Under the pieces are notes generated by a model. It ran no database searches and was not told the origin of the DNA. It worked only from the letters and a program-made list of their open reading frames with translations. The translations under genes and the position numbers were made by a program. From assembly GCF_000146505.1 (NCBI RefSeq), contig NC_017448.1, positions 2,040,001 through 2,072,000 of the forward strand: a stretch of DNA of 32,000 nucleotides. Reading direction: 5' to 3'. This document shows positions 21,841 to 30,024 of the stretch, piece by piece. Positions within the stretch are counted from its first letter, which is position 1. Each line of letters starts with the position of its first letter. The DNA comes from Fibrobacter succinogenes subsp. succinogenes S85 (GTDB lineage Bacteria > Fibrobacterota > Fibrobacteria > Fibrobacterales > Fibrobacteraceae).

Positions 21841-24800
21841 TTTACCACCAGGAATGTCACGAGTTCAAAATCGTCCAGACCGCGGATTTCGCCGGTGAGT
21901 GCGGTGGTCTCGCCTTCGCCAAAGAGACTGTCGATATCGGATTCTTCCTTGACTTCGATAATCGAGGCGATTGCCTGCTGCAAAAGGTCGCTGTACTTGC
22001 CCATCTTGCGGCCGTCAGCAGTTTCCTTGTTGAAGGCCTTGCAGAGTGCTATGTCGGGCGTGGCAAGCCCGCGGCAAGCGTGGCGCATCAGGTCAAGAAT
22101 CTTCTTTGGCGAAAGGTGGTTGCAAACGACGCTGCCGTCTTGCTTCAGGTAAACCATGTAGAAGGGGTGCAGGCGATTCTTGCTGCGGATATTCACGGCG
22201 TTGTTGCGTTTGCGCAAAATGTAAATCACGCCGGGCGGCAATTCGCCTGTTTCGTCGGCATGCACGAGCGCATAAATTCCCGTGGGCGCATTTTCAACTT
22301 CTTGATGGGTTTCGCGATATTGCAGCAAGTCCATGCGGAAATCGTTCAAGCCCAAATCCACGATATTCACGCCGCCCTTCATGTCTTCAAGGTCAACTAC
22401 GTCTTCTTTCAACTTGCGCAGTTGTTCCTTGCGGTATTCCAAGTCGCCCTTCTCTTCGGCGCTGATAGGGTTGTCATCGCCAGTGGCGGTCATCACCGAA
22501 ATTTTCATGCGGGCGACCACACGCGATTTCAGGTTGATGTATTCATCGAGGCTCACGTTGGGCCAAAAGTTCACCAGCTGGATTTTTGCATTCTTGCTGC
22601 CGATACGATCTATACGGCCAAAGCGCTGGATAATGCGCACCGGGTTCCAGTGGATGTCGTAATTGATTAGGTAGTCGCAATCCTGCAAGTTCTGGCCTTC
22701 GCTAATGCAGTCCGTCGCAATCAGCAAGTCGATATCGCCCGGAACAACGTTCCTGAGCAAATGGCGTTCCTTGGACTGCGGCGAAAAATACGTCAGAACC
22801 GTATCGTAATCGGCTCGCAAATTCGGGAGGTTCGTACGGCCATCCATATCGCCCGTCACCAAAGCCGTATGAATTCCATACTCTTTGTTCAATCTCGCAG
22901 AGAGCTGTTCATAAAGGTATTTCGCAGTATCGGCAAATGCCGTAAACAAAATTATCTTCTTATTCCCAGGATTAATTGGGGCTTCTATCTTGTTGCAAAT
23001 TCGGTCATAAAGCGTCTGAAGTTTTGCATCATGTTCAGGCGAAAGCTGCTCGGCAATCTTTTGCAACTGTGCAAGTACGCCCAATTCTTGGCGGAGTTCG
23101 TTCAGCCAGCCAATGTAATCCATATCGGCCAAATTGAAGTGCACATCCTTGCCGACGGTAAATTCGTCATCTTCCAGGGCCGCGCTATCGATATCGTAAA
23201 TAACATCTGCATCTGCGGCCTCTTTGCCCGCATCAACACATCTCTTGTAGTTCTCAATCTTGTCAACTGTTTTTTGAACCAGTTCGTGATAACGGTCCAA
23301 TGTCAGCCTGAACGAATAGACGGAACTTTCCAGGCGCTTGAGCATGTTGATGCTCATGAGTTTCCGAATGCCCATTTCGCGGCCAAGCAACAAATCCTTT
23401 TCTTCGGAACTGTCGATATAGCCCTCGATACGGCTCGGGTGCACAAATCGCGCCGGACTATAAACGCTCATCTGCAATTGACTCAACAACAGATAAATGC
23501 TATCGAACGAGATCCCCGCCAAATCAGTCAATTCGGGAGATTCCGAAATAGGCGGCAAACGCTCCGGGAACTTACCCACTTCATTGATGTCGTAAAATTT
23601 TTCGATATGCTTGCGGGAACGCGCAATCGTCACCGAATCAAGCAGCTCAAAAAAGTCAAAGTTCAAAGTATCTAGAAGAGCCTGCGTTGTTCGCTGAGAA
23701 GCAGGGAGTTTTGCCCATGCATTGTAAGCACTCTGCGCCTGCTTAAAAATGGAATCAATGCCGTTGTTCAAGTTCAGCAAAGAATCCATCTTTTCCGAAT
23801 CGTCTTCGTAAGCCAAACGCAACTGATTCTTCAAATCGTTAAAGCGATTATTCACCGGTGTGGCCGAAAGCATCAGCACTTTCGTTTTCACGCCTTTGCG
23901 AATGACCTGATTCAACAAGCGCTGGTAACGATTTTCCTTGCGATCGGCATCGTCGTCAAAATCATGAACCGAAAAATCCTCGCCCGTCGCTGTGCCGCCA
24001 TTACGGAAATTATGGGATTCATCAATCACCACAAGGTCGTAATTGCTCCAAATAATGCGGCTCAAGTCAAGGCCATTCGTGCTCCCCGAATCGCGCGAGA
24101 GATCCGAATGATACAGTACGTCGTAACGGAAGCGGTCCGTAACAAGCGGGTTGTTTGTTTGGTTGTTCTTGAAGGTCATCCAGTTGTTGTTCAACTTCTT
24201 GGGGCAAAGCACCAACACGTTCTTGTTGCGGTTTTCGTAATACTTGACCACCGCAAGCGCCGTAAATGTTTTGCCTAGACCCACGCTATCGGCGAGAATG
24301 CACCCGTTGTATTTTTCCAACTTGTTGATGATGGCTAGGGCCGCATCTTTCTGGAAGTTGTAAAGCTTTTTCCAAATAGCACTTTCCTTGAATCCCGTCG
24401 CCGAATTCGGCAGAACATCTTCACTGATGTCGTTCAAGAATTCATGGAAAATATTGTAGAGCGTTACAAAGTAAATGAAGTCGGGAGAATTTTCCTTATA
24501 GACCGTGGCAATGCTATCCATAACCGCCTGGGTCACTTCTTCAAACTGCGATTCATCAAACCAGCATTCATTAAACTTGTTGATATAGTCATTGGAAAGA
24601 GGCGCCGAAACCCTCATGCTGAAATTGGAAATGTTGTTGCCTTTTTCTACACCAAGGCCCACCGCCGAAAACTCATTGAACGGCGTATAAAGCGCGTCAT
24701 CATCGGGCTGCTTTACATGCATAAACGTCTGATAGTTCAAGTCGGTTATGTTCGTCCGGAATTTTACCTTCTGGCGAATCCATTCCGCACACTCCACTGC

Positions 24801-25139
24801 AATCGCCTTCTGGTTCAGCTGGTTGCGCAACTTCAATTCAAATTCACTACCGAACAGTGAACGCTCGCGAGAAGACTGCTCTTCGTTGAGTGCTTGTTCT
24901 CGTGCGTTACGGGAGATGTCAAATTCTCTACTTTCTTTTGAAACCTGCTTCTTGACAAAAGTCCTTGAAGTAAAAATAAACCGCAAGGAATCAATCTTCC
25001 AAAGCTCATCCTTTAAAGTCTCGAACGCATAAAGCGAAAAACTAGCCGCAGCAATCGAAAGTTTTGAACCAGGAATAACAACTTTACGAAGGTCATCCAC
25101 GACCTTCTCCGTCATATTATTAAAAAACTTCTGTTCCAT
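21837..25139 (-). CDS. SNF2-family DEAD/DEAH helicase (1100 aa) with an N-terminal extension of about 250 aa
   Basis: Motif I ILADSVGLGKTFTALAVV, motif II DLVVIDESHNFRN, motif III LMLSATPVNNRFNDL, motifs V-VI ATDCISEGQNLQDCDYLINYDIHWNPVRIIQRFGRIDRIGS. Confidence 0.9.
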   Translation of the reverse strand: MEQKFFNNMTEKVVDDLRKVVIPGSKLSIAAASFSLYAFETLKDELWKIDSLRFIFTSRTFVKKQVSKESREFDISRNAREQALNEEQSSRERSLFGSEFELKLRNQLNQKAIAVECAEWIRQKVKFRTNITDLNYQTFMHVKQPDDDALYTPFNEFSAVGLGVEKGNNISNFSMRVSAPLSNDYINKFNECWFDESQFEEVTQAVMDSIATVYKENSPDFIYFVTLYNIFHEFLNDISEDVLPNSATGFKESAIWKKLYNFQKDAALAIINKLEKYNGCILADSVGLGKTFTALAVVKYYENRNKNVLVLCPKKLNNNWMTFKNNQTNNPLVTDRFRYDVLYHSDLSRDSGSTNGLDLSRIIWSNYDLVVIDESHNFRNGGTATGEDFSVHDFDDDADRKENRYQRLLNQVIRKGVKTKVLMLSATPVNNRFNDLKNQLRLAYEDDSEKMDSLLNLNNGIDSIFKQAQSAYNAWAKLPASQRTTQALLDTLNFDFFELLDSVTIARSRKHIEKFYDINEVGKFPERLPPISESPELTDLAGISFDSIYLLLSQLQMSVYSPARFVHPSRIEGYIDSSEEKDLLLGREMGIRKLMSINMLKRLESSVYSFRLTLDRYHELVQKTVDKIENYKRCVDAGKEAADADVIYDIDSAALEDDEFTVGKDVHFNLADMDYIGWLNELRQELGVLAQLQKIAEQLSPEHDAKLQTLYDRICNKIEAPINPGNKKIILFTAFADTAKYLYEQLSARLNKEYGIHTALVTGDMDGRTNLPNLRADYDTVLTYFSPQSKERHLLRNVVPGDIDLLIATDCISEGQNLQDCDYLINYDIHWNPVRIIQRFGRIDRIGSKNAKIQLVNFWPNVSLDEYINLKSRVVARMKISVMTATGDDNPISAEEKGDLEYRKEQLRKLKEDVVDLEDMKGGVNIVDLGLNDFRMDLLQYRETHQEVENAPTGIYALVHADETGELPPGVIYILRKRNNAVNIRSKNRLHPFYMVYLKQDGSVVCNHLSPKKILDLMRHACRGLATPDIALCKAFNKETADGRKMGKYSDLLQQAIASIIEVKEESDIDSLFGEGETTALTGEIRGLDDFELVTFLVVK

Positions 25140-25242
25140 ATAAAAATATTCACCACATCAAGCGGTACAAAAGTGAATATAGACTATTATAGGAACAAGT
25201 GCAAATTTGAATTTACGAGAAAAGGAAAAAAGCCGCTATAAT

Positions 25243-25277
25243 AAAAAAATTCTCCGGCTCCCTCCAAAGCCAGAGAA
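25243..25277 (-). terminator. Rho-independent terminator of the VWA lipoprotein gene
   Basis: The minus strand reads TTCTCTGGC-tttggaggga-GCCGGAGAA, a 9-bp stem with one G.U pair, followed by TTTTTTTATTAT. It lies 30 nt after the stop at 25307. Confidence 0.65.
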
Positions 25278-25306
25278 TGAAATGTTGTACCTAGTGCCGG
25301 CGCATT

Positions 25307-27010
25307 TTACTCTACATATTTCTTAATCAGTCTTACCATCAAGTTAGCGAGTCGTTCCACCTTGTGGTCCCCCACAGTAGCCTTTATATGAGAATTGCCA
25401 ATGCCGCTATCATCAGTGAGGAACACATACGTGCCGCCCGTTGCAAGGTCAAAGAATCTCAGCATAAATTCAGTATCCTTGTCAACACCGCTTGCCGCCA
25501 CAGGGATCAATTTGATACCGTTTAAAGCAAAAAGCGTGATGGACTTCTGGAGACTTTCGATAACGTCATCCTCATGATGCGCAGGCGCATCGAGAATGAG
25601 GAACGCAACGCGCGCACGGGCCGATTCATCCCAAGAAAGTTTCTTCAGCGTAGTTTCAAGCGCAGAGTGTACAGCTTCAGGGTAATCGCCGCCATCTTCA
25701 GCATTTTGTTCCGCAACGTAATCCTGAATCACGGACACATTCCTGGAGAAGTCATGATGACGAGTGAGGTAATCATCGCCCTTGTCGCGGTAGAACACTG
25801 CAGCCGTACGCAGCGGGATATTGCTTTCCGAGCTCGCATGGTCAATGATATAGCTGAGGTCCGATTTGAGGAACTTGATCTCATCTTTCATTGAACCTGT
25901 CGCATCTACGATAAATGCAACATCGGCACTGGCTTTGGGGCGCTTCACGTTCTTGTGCATAACAACGTTCATGTTGAGTCTTTCATCGCCTCTAGAAGTA
26001 ATCTGAACTTGCTCCTTGATTAGCTTGCCATCGACAATCAACGTGAGATCCCTCGCCCTGACTTCATCGAACTCGCCATCCATCAGGCCAATCCAACAAT
26101 AGGCACGCCCGGTATTATCTGTCTTTGTAACAAATTCAACCTTTTTGCCATTGAGGAGAATGACGGAAACATTTGCTGCACCTCTGCCATTTTGGTCTAC
26201 CACTTTGACGGCTACAAGTTTCTTCGGGAAGAACTGCCAGTAATCGGTTTTATCACTGAAGTTTTCGTCATTGATGATATCGTCCCAGAAATACCAATGT
26301 TCCAAATCGTTCCACTCGCCAGCGGTGAGGAGTCCCGATCTACGTTCATTGGAATCGCCATAGCGTCTTCTGGATTTTCTATACGTAGATTCGTCATCAC
26401 GCCATTCGCCACGGTCTTCACTATCTGACATCAGATAAACTTCGCTAGCCGAAGCTTCGGCAAATTTATGGCTTGCCCTCGGTGCTGACTTTGCTTTGAC
26501 CGACGACTTTCTAGCGACACTTCTTGACTCAGAAAGTCGCGAGGTGCTCCCGGCCATCAGCCCGGCCAATCCGTCACCGATTCCGCCAGAGCCTGCAACA
26601 CCTTCGTTAAACCCAGCGACGACTTTTCCGCGGCGGCCACCGAGAGTTGCTTTTCCGGTCGTGCGTATACCTTCTACTTTTTTAAGAACTTTATCTATAT
26701 CCTTTGAGTATTTTGCGTCAGTCGGAAACGTCGCGGGCTTTGATGATGAAGCCAACAACTTCAGCGCACCGCTCGAAGGCGCGGCCCTCTTGGCCTTTAC
26801 CTTCTCTCTGCCTCCATCTGACAATTTGGAACCGTCAATAGTCATCGTAGTCGTCAAGGCAACAGCGGATTCACTTACGAGTGAAACTTCGTCTTCTTTG
26901 GACTTTTCGACTTTTGTTTTTTCGGTTTCTTCTGGTTTGTTTTCTTCGCCACAATTCATGCAGAACATGGCACATGCTACTACTGCGATTAAAAGGAATT
27001 TGTTTTTCAT
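25307..27010 (-). CDS. Secreted/lipoprotein von Willebrand factor A (VWA) domain protein
   Basis: The track ORF extends to 27226. The ATG at 27010 is preceded by AAGGAGGA and gives the lipoprotein-type signal MKNKFLLIAVVACAMFCMNCG. The longer version would overlap the divergent gene at 27162. The VWA MIDAS motif is DVAFIVDATGSMKDEI. Confidence 0.75.
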   Translation of the reverse strand: MKNKFLLIAVVACAMFCMNCGEENKPEETEKTKVEKSKEDEVSLVSESAVALTTTMTIDGSKLSDGGREKVKAKRAAPSSGALKLLASSSKPATFPTDAKYSKDIDKVLKKVEGIRTTGKATLGGRRGKVVAGFNEGVAGSGGIGDGLAGLMAGSTSRLSESRSVARKSSVKAKSAPRASHKFAEASASEVYLMSDSEDRGEWRDDESTYRKSRRRYGDSNERRSGLLTAGEWNDLEHWYFWDDIINDENFSDKTDYWQFFPKKLVAVKVVDQNGRGAANVSVILLNGKKVEFVTKTDNTGRAYCWIGLMDGEFDEVRARDLTLIVDGKLIKEQVQITSRGDERLNMNVVMHKNVKRPKASADVAFIVDATGSMKDEIKFLKSDLSYIIDHASSESNIPLRTAAVFYRDKGDDYLTRHHDFSRNVSVIQDYVAEQNAEDGGDYPEAVHSALETTLKKLSWDESARARVAFLILDAPAHHEDDVIESLQKSITLFALNGIKLIPVAASGVDKDTEFMLRFFDLATGGTYVFLTDDSGIGNSHIKATVGDHKVERLANLMVRLIKKYVE

Positions 27011-27161
27011 GATGTCCTCCTTGTTTTCTTTCAAACTAGCACATTCAATTTCGCGAGACCAACAAATCGGCATCGAATCTGGATAAATGTTTTTTACGTT
27101 CTGCAACGAAAAAATTTTTTCATAAAACCATGAGTCACCGCGATTTACTATAATTTGGAAT

Positions 27162-28319
27162 ATGCCAGAAAAATTTTCAAAATGGGTCGCATGCTGGGGC
27201 AACGCCACATCTATCACCGACCGCAAAGAAGCGACTTACGCTAAAGACTTGACTCTCCGCTATCCGATTCGCGCTTGCTTTTCAGGGAGCAAGTTGCGTT
27301 TCCATTTTTCAAACCTCACGGGTACAGAGTCCGTACAAATTTGCGAAGCATACGTTGCAAAGTCCGCGCAATCCACAAACACGGCCTACGCACCAACAAC
27401 AATTACTTTCGGCGGAAAGACTTCTGCAAGCATTCCTCCAGGCGAAGAAATTCTGAGTGACGAAATTGCATTCAACGTGACCGCGGGCGAGACATTTGAT
27501 GTAAGCCTTTACTTTGCAGATTTCACACAAATGAACGCCGGCACAGCTATCACGGGCCCGCTTTCTGGTGGCAAGTACAGCTACGGCAATTTTGCAAAGT
27601 CGGCCACACTCCCCGACGACCTCACGCGCAAAACGAACTGGATTTATTTTCTCAACACAATTGACATTTTCACTGAAGAAAAGAACTTCGCACTTGTCTG
27701 TTTTGGCGATTCCATCACGGCACAAGATTGGCCCGACTACCTCACGCTCCGTTGCGCACGAGAAGGTTTCAACAACGTTGCCATCATCCGTCGCGCTGTG
27801 AGCGGCACACGCATCCTCCGCGAATACAGCTGTATCACCTACGCCGCTTACGGTCTCAAAGGCGCTACGCGCTTCCCGATTGAAATGAATGTCGCAGGCG
27901 CCCGCACGGTCATCGTGCAGCACGGCATCAACGACATCATCCACCCAGTCGGCGTTGAAGTCAACAAGTTCCGTCCGTGGAGCGATATGCCCACCGCAGA
28001 CGATCTCATCAATGGCGTGCGCTCGCTCTACATCACGTACGCGCGCAAACTCGGTCTCAAGATTTACAGCGGCACACTCCTCCCGATTTACGGTTGGCGC
28101 ACCTATAACGAAAACCGCGATATCATCCGCACGGCATTCAATGAATGGCTCCGCACCGCACCAGATTTCGACGGTTGCGTAGACTTCGACAAGGCTGTGC
28201 GCGGTCACGATGATCCGAAGGCATTTGCCGCTGGATTCGACTCGGGCGATCACTTGCACCCGAGCGCCAAGGCGTACGAAGCTATGGCCGAATGCGTCCC
28301 TGAGGAATTGCTGAAATAA
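27162..28319 (+). CDS. SGNH/GDSL-family hydrolase
   Basis: 385 aa. Block I LVCFGDSITAQDW and block V GDHLHPS (DxxH). The antisense ORF 27309..28328 is a shadow. Confidence 0.8.
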   Translation: MPEKFSKWVACWGNATSITDRKEATYAKDLTLRYPIRACFSGSKLRFHFSNLTGTESVQICEAYVAKSAQSTNTAYAPTTITFGGKTSASIPPGEEILSDEIAFNVTAGETFDVSLYFADFTQMNAGTAITGPLSGGKYSYGNFAKSATLPDDLTRKTNWIYFLNTIDIFTEEKNFALVCFGDSITAQDWPDYLTLRCAREGFNNVAIIRRAVSGTRILREYSCITYAAYGLKGATRFPIEMNVAGARTVIVQHGINDIIHPVGVEVNKFRPWSDMPTADDLINGVRSLYITYARKLGLKIYSGTLLPIYGWRTYNENRDIIRTAFNEWLRTAPDFDGCVDFDKAVRGHDDPKAFAAGFDSGDHLHPSAKAYEAMAECVPEELLK

Positions 28320-28357
28320 ATTTGACACCTGACACGTTAATTATTTATTTTAAAAGC

Positions 28358-29374
28358 ATGAGCTTAAAAGAATCCATTAAGCAACTTCAAAAACGGGAGC
28401 ACATCACGCAAGACGAACTTTTGCGCCGTCTTGGCTGTTCCCGCAGTAGCCTTATGGAACGCAATAGCGATGATGCACAAGTCGCATTCCAGCTCGCTTT
28501 CGGGAGCGATTCCGGTCGCATCTCCGAAGCCCCGTCATTCAAGAACGAAGAAGAGCTAGAAAAAATTTTAATGTGGGTTCGCAAGTTCCCTATCCGCGCA
28601 TTGCAAAAGATGGGTCACATTCCCGAGAACGTCAAGGACGCAGACCTCGTTCGAGCGGTGTTCAAGTTTATGCAAATCGGGAGCATCGCCGGATTCGAAA
28701 ATTATTACTGCGTCACATTGCCATCTGCAAATCCGCAGACATATGCTGCCTGGACACGCCTCGGCGAGCTCCAGGTCAAGCGCTTGGCAACGGAATTCAC
28801 ACCGGACCGCAACGCCATTATTTCTAACCTGAAATTTTTGCGGACAAATACATTTTTCCACAACAAGGATATCCGCAGCATCGCCCGTGAAACGCTCCAC
28901 GCTTGCGGTATCGAGCTCATCGAAGTAGAACCGTTCCTCACGGCACCCACGCCCATTTGCGCTTTCTACTGGAGAGGCTCACGCCCCGTGATCCAATTCC
29001 CGACAACTAAGATGGAAGATTCCAAATTTTTGGAAGCTTTGTTCCATGCAGTCGGGCACTTGCTTTTGCACGCGAAGCACACTTCGTGTCTGCAACTCGG
29101 CGCACTCTCGCAACAAGCAAAAGTTTCTGAAATGCACGCGGCCCGTCCTGAAGAAATTCTCGAACTTGAAGCCGACCGTTTCGCGCAAGACATTCTCCTC
29201 TCCGAAGCCGAAGAATGCGAGCTCATCTGTTGCGGTCGCTTTAACGAACGCCGTTGCATCCAGCACTTTTCAGGATTATTCCACGTGCGCCCAGGCATTC
29301 TCGTTGAGCGCTTACAACAACAAGGCAAGCTCAACCGCCGCACACTTTTAAACGATTTCAAAATCGCCGTATAA
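28358..29374 (+). CDS. HTH (XRE-like) + ImmA/IrrE-like domain protein with a degenerate metal site
   Basis: The track start 28322 is TTG; I prefer the ATG at 28358 (MSLKESIKQLQKREHITQDELLRRLG, HTH-like). The C-terminal region has FHAVGHLLLH plus LEADRFAQDILLSE, which is the ImmA/IrrE layout (HExxH ... ExEAxxFA) with Ala in place of the catalytic Glu. Confidence 0.55.
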   Translation: MSLKESIKQLQKREHITQDELLRRLGCSRSSLMERNSDDAQVAFQLAFGSDSGRISEAPSFKNEEELEKILMWVRKFPIRALQKMGHIPENVKDADLVRAVFKFMQIGSIAGFENYYCVTLPSANPQTYAAWTRLGELQVKRLATEFTPDRNAIISNLKFLRTNTFFHNKDIRSIARETLHACGIELIEVEPFLTAPTPICAFYWRGSRPVIQFPTTKMEDSKFLEALFHAVGHLLLHAKHTSCLQLGALSQQAKVSEMHAARPEEILELEADRFAQDILLSEAEECELICCGRFNERRCIQHFSGLFHVRPGILVERLQQQGKLNRRTLLNDFKIAV

Positions 29375-29381
29375 AAAAATC

Positions 29382-29401
29382 GCGCGGACATTTCGCCGCG
29401 C
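29382..29401. terminator. Hairpin between convergent genes (possible bidirectional terminator)
   Basis: gcgcgg (29382-29387), loop acatttcg, ccgcgc (29396-29401). It is preceded by an A7 run, so the minus strand reads a T-tract after the stem. Confidence 0.45.
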
Positions 29402-29425
29402 AATTCCTAAAGAACTTTTTTCAAA

Positions 29426-29995
29426 TTAGTAGTTCACAGCAAAGAAGAGGTTCCAGCTCTTGAAGCTCTTGGTAAAGTCAACCTTCGTAGCAAGGATGTT
29501 GAAACCAAAACCGGCTTCGAGCTGAACGGCAGAATTGTGGAAGAAGTTCAAACCGACTTCACCGCCCAAACACATACCGAAAGCACCAATCCAGTCGTCA
29601 AAGAATGCGTCAACCTGGAAACCAAGACCAATACCGGCGCCGACAAACGGACTTACGATTTCATCAAGCGGAGAAAAACGTCCACCGATAAGCATATTGC
29701 CTTCAAGTTCCCAGTCCGTGCCAAATTCGGCATGCCAGTTCGAAATCGCCGTAATAGCGCCGTGGGTCGTCATTTCCCAAATGTGACCGTAGCGGATAAG
29801 CGGGAAAGCCGTGACGTGATCCTTTTCAGGATTCTTCACGTCATCCTTATAGTTACTCCAGAAAGAAAGGCCAAAACCAGCCGTCTGGAAACTATAAACC
29901 GGACGTTGGAGTTTTTTCTCCGGTTCAATAGTGTCGTAGTTCTGGGCAAATGCCGCAAGGGCGAGGAAAGTAACGAGTAAAAGTATCTTTTTCAT
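29426..29995 (-). CDS. Small outer-membrane beta-barrel protein
   Basis: 189 aa. Signal peptide MKKILLLVTFLALAAFAQ, alternating hydrophobic pattern, Gly/aromatic rich, C-terminal ...NLFFAVNY ending in an aromatic residue. Confidence 0.65.
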   Translation of the reverse strand: MKKILLLVTFLALAAFAQNYDTIEPEKKLQRPVYSFQTAGFGLSFWSNYKDDVKNPEKDHVTAFPLIRYGHIWEMTTHGAITAISNWHAEFGTDWELEGNMLIGGRFSPLDEIVSPFVGAGIGLGFQVDAFFDDWIGAFGMCLGGEVGLNFFHNSAVQLEAGFGFNILATKVDFTKSFKSWNLFFAVNY

Positions 29996-30024
29996 GATAA
30001 GAAATATATAAATTTTCTGTCAAC

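Noticed and set aside
18866-25139. A DISARM assignment, because SNF2 and PLD genes co-occur.
   Set aside because: No DrmA-type helicase, no DUF1998 (DrmB) and no methyltransferase is present. DUF4391, the protease and the TM protein are not DISARM components.
27011-27226. A 72-codon N-terminal extension of the VWA protein in the track ORF (start at 27226).
   Set aside because: The internal ATG at 27010 has a strong AAGGAGGA SD and yields a canonical lipoprotein signal peptide. The extension would overlap the divergent SGNH gene start at 27162.
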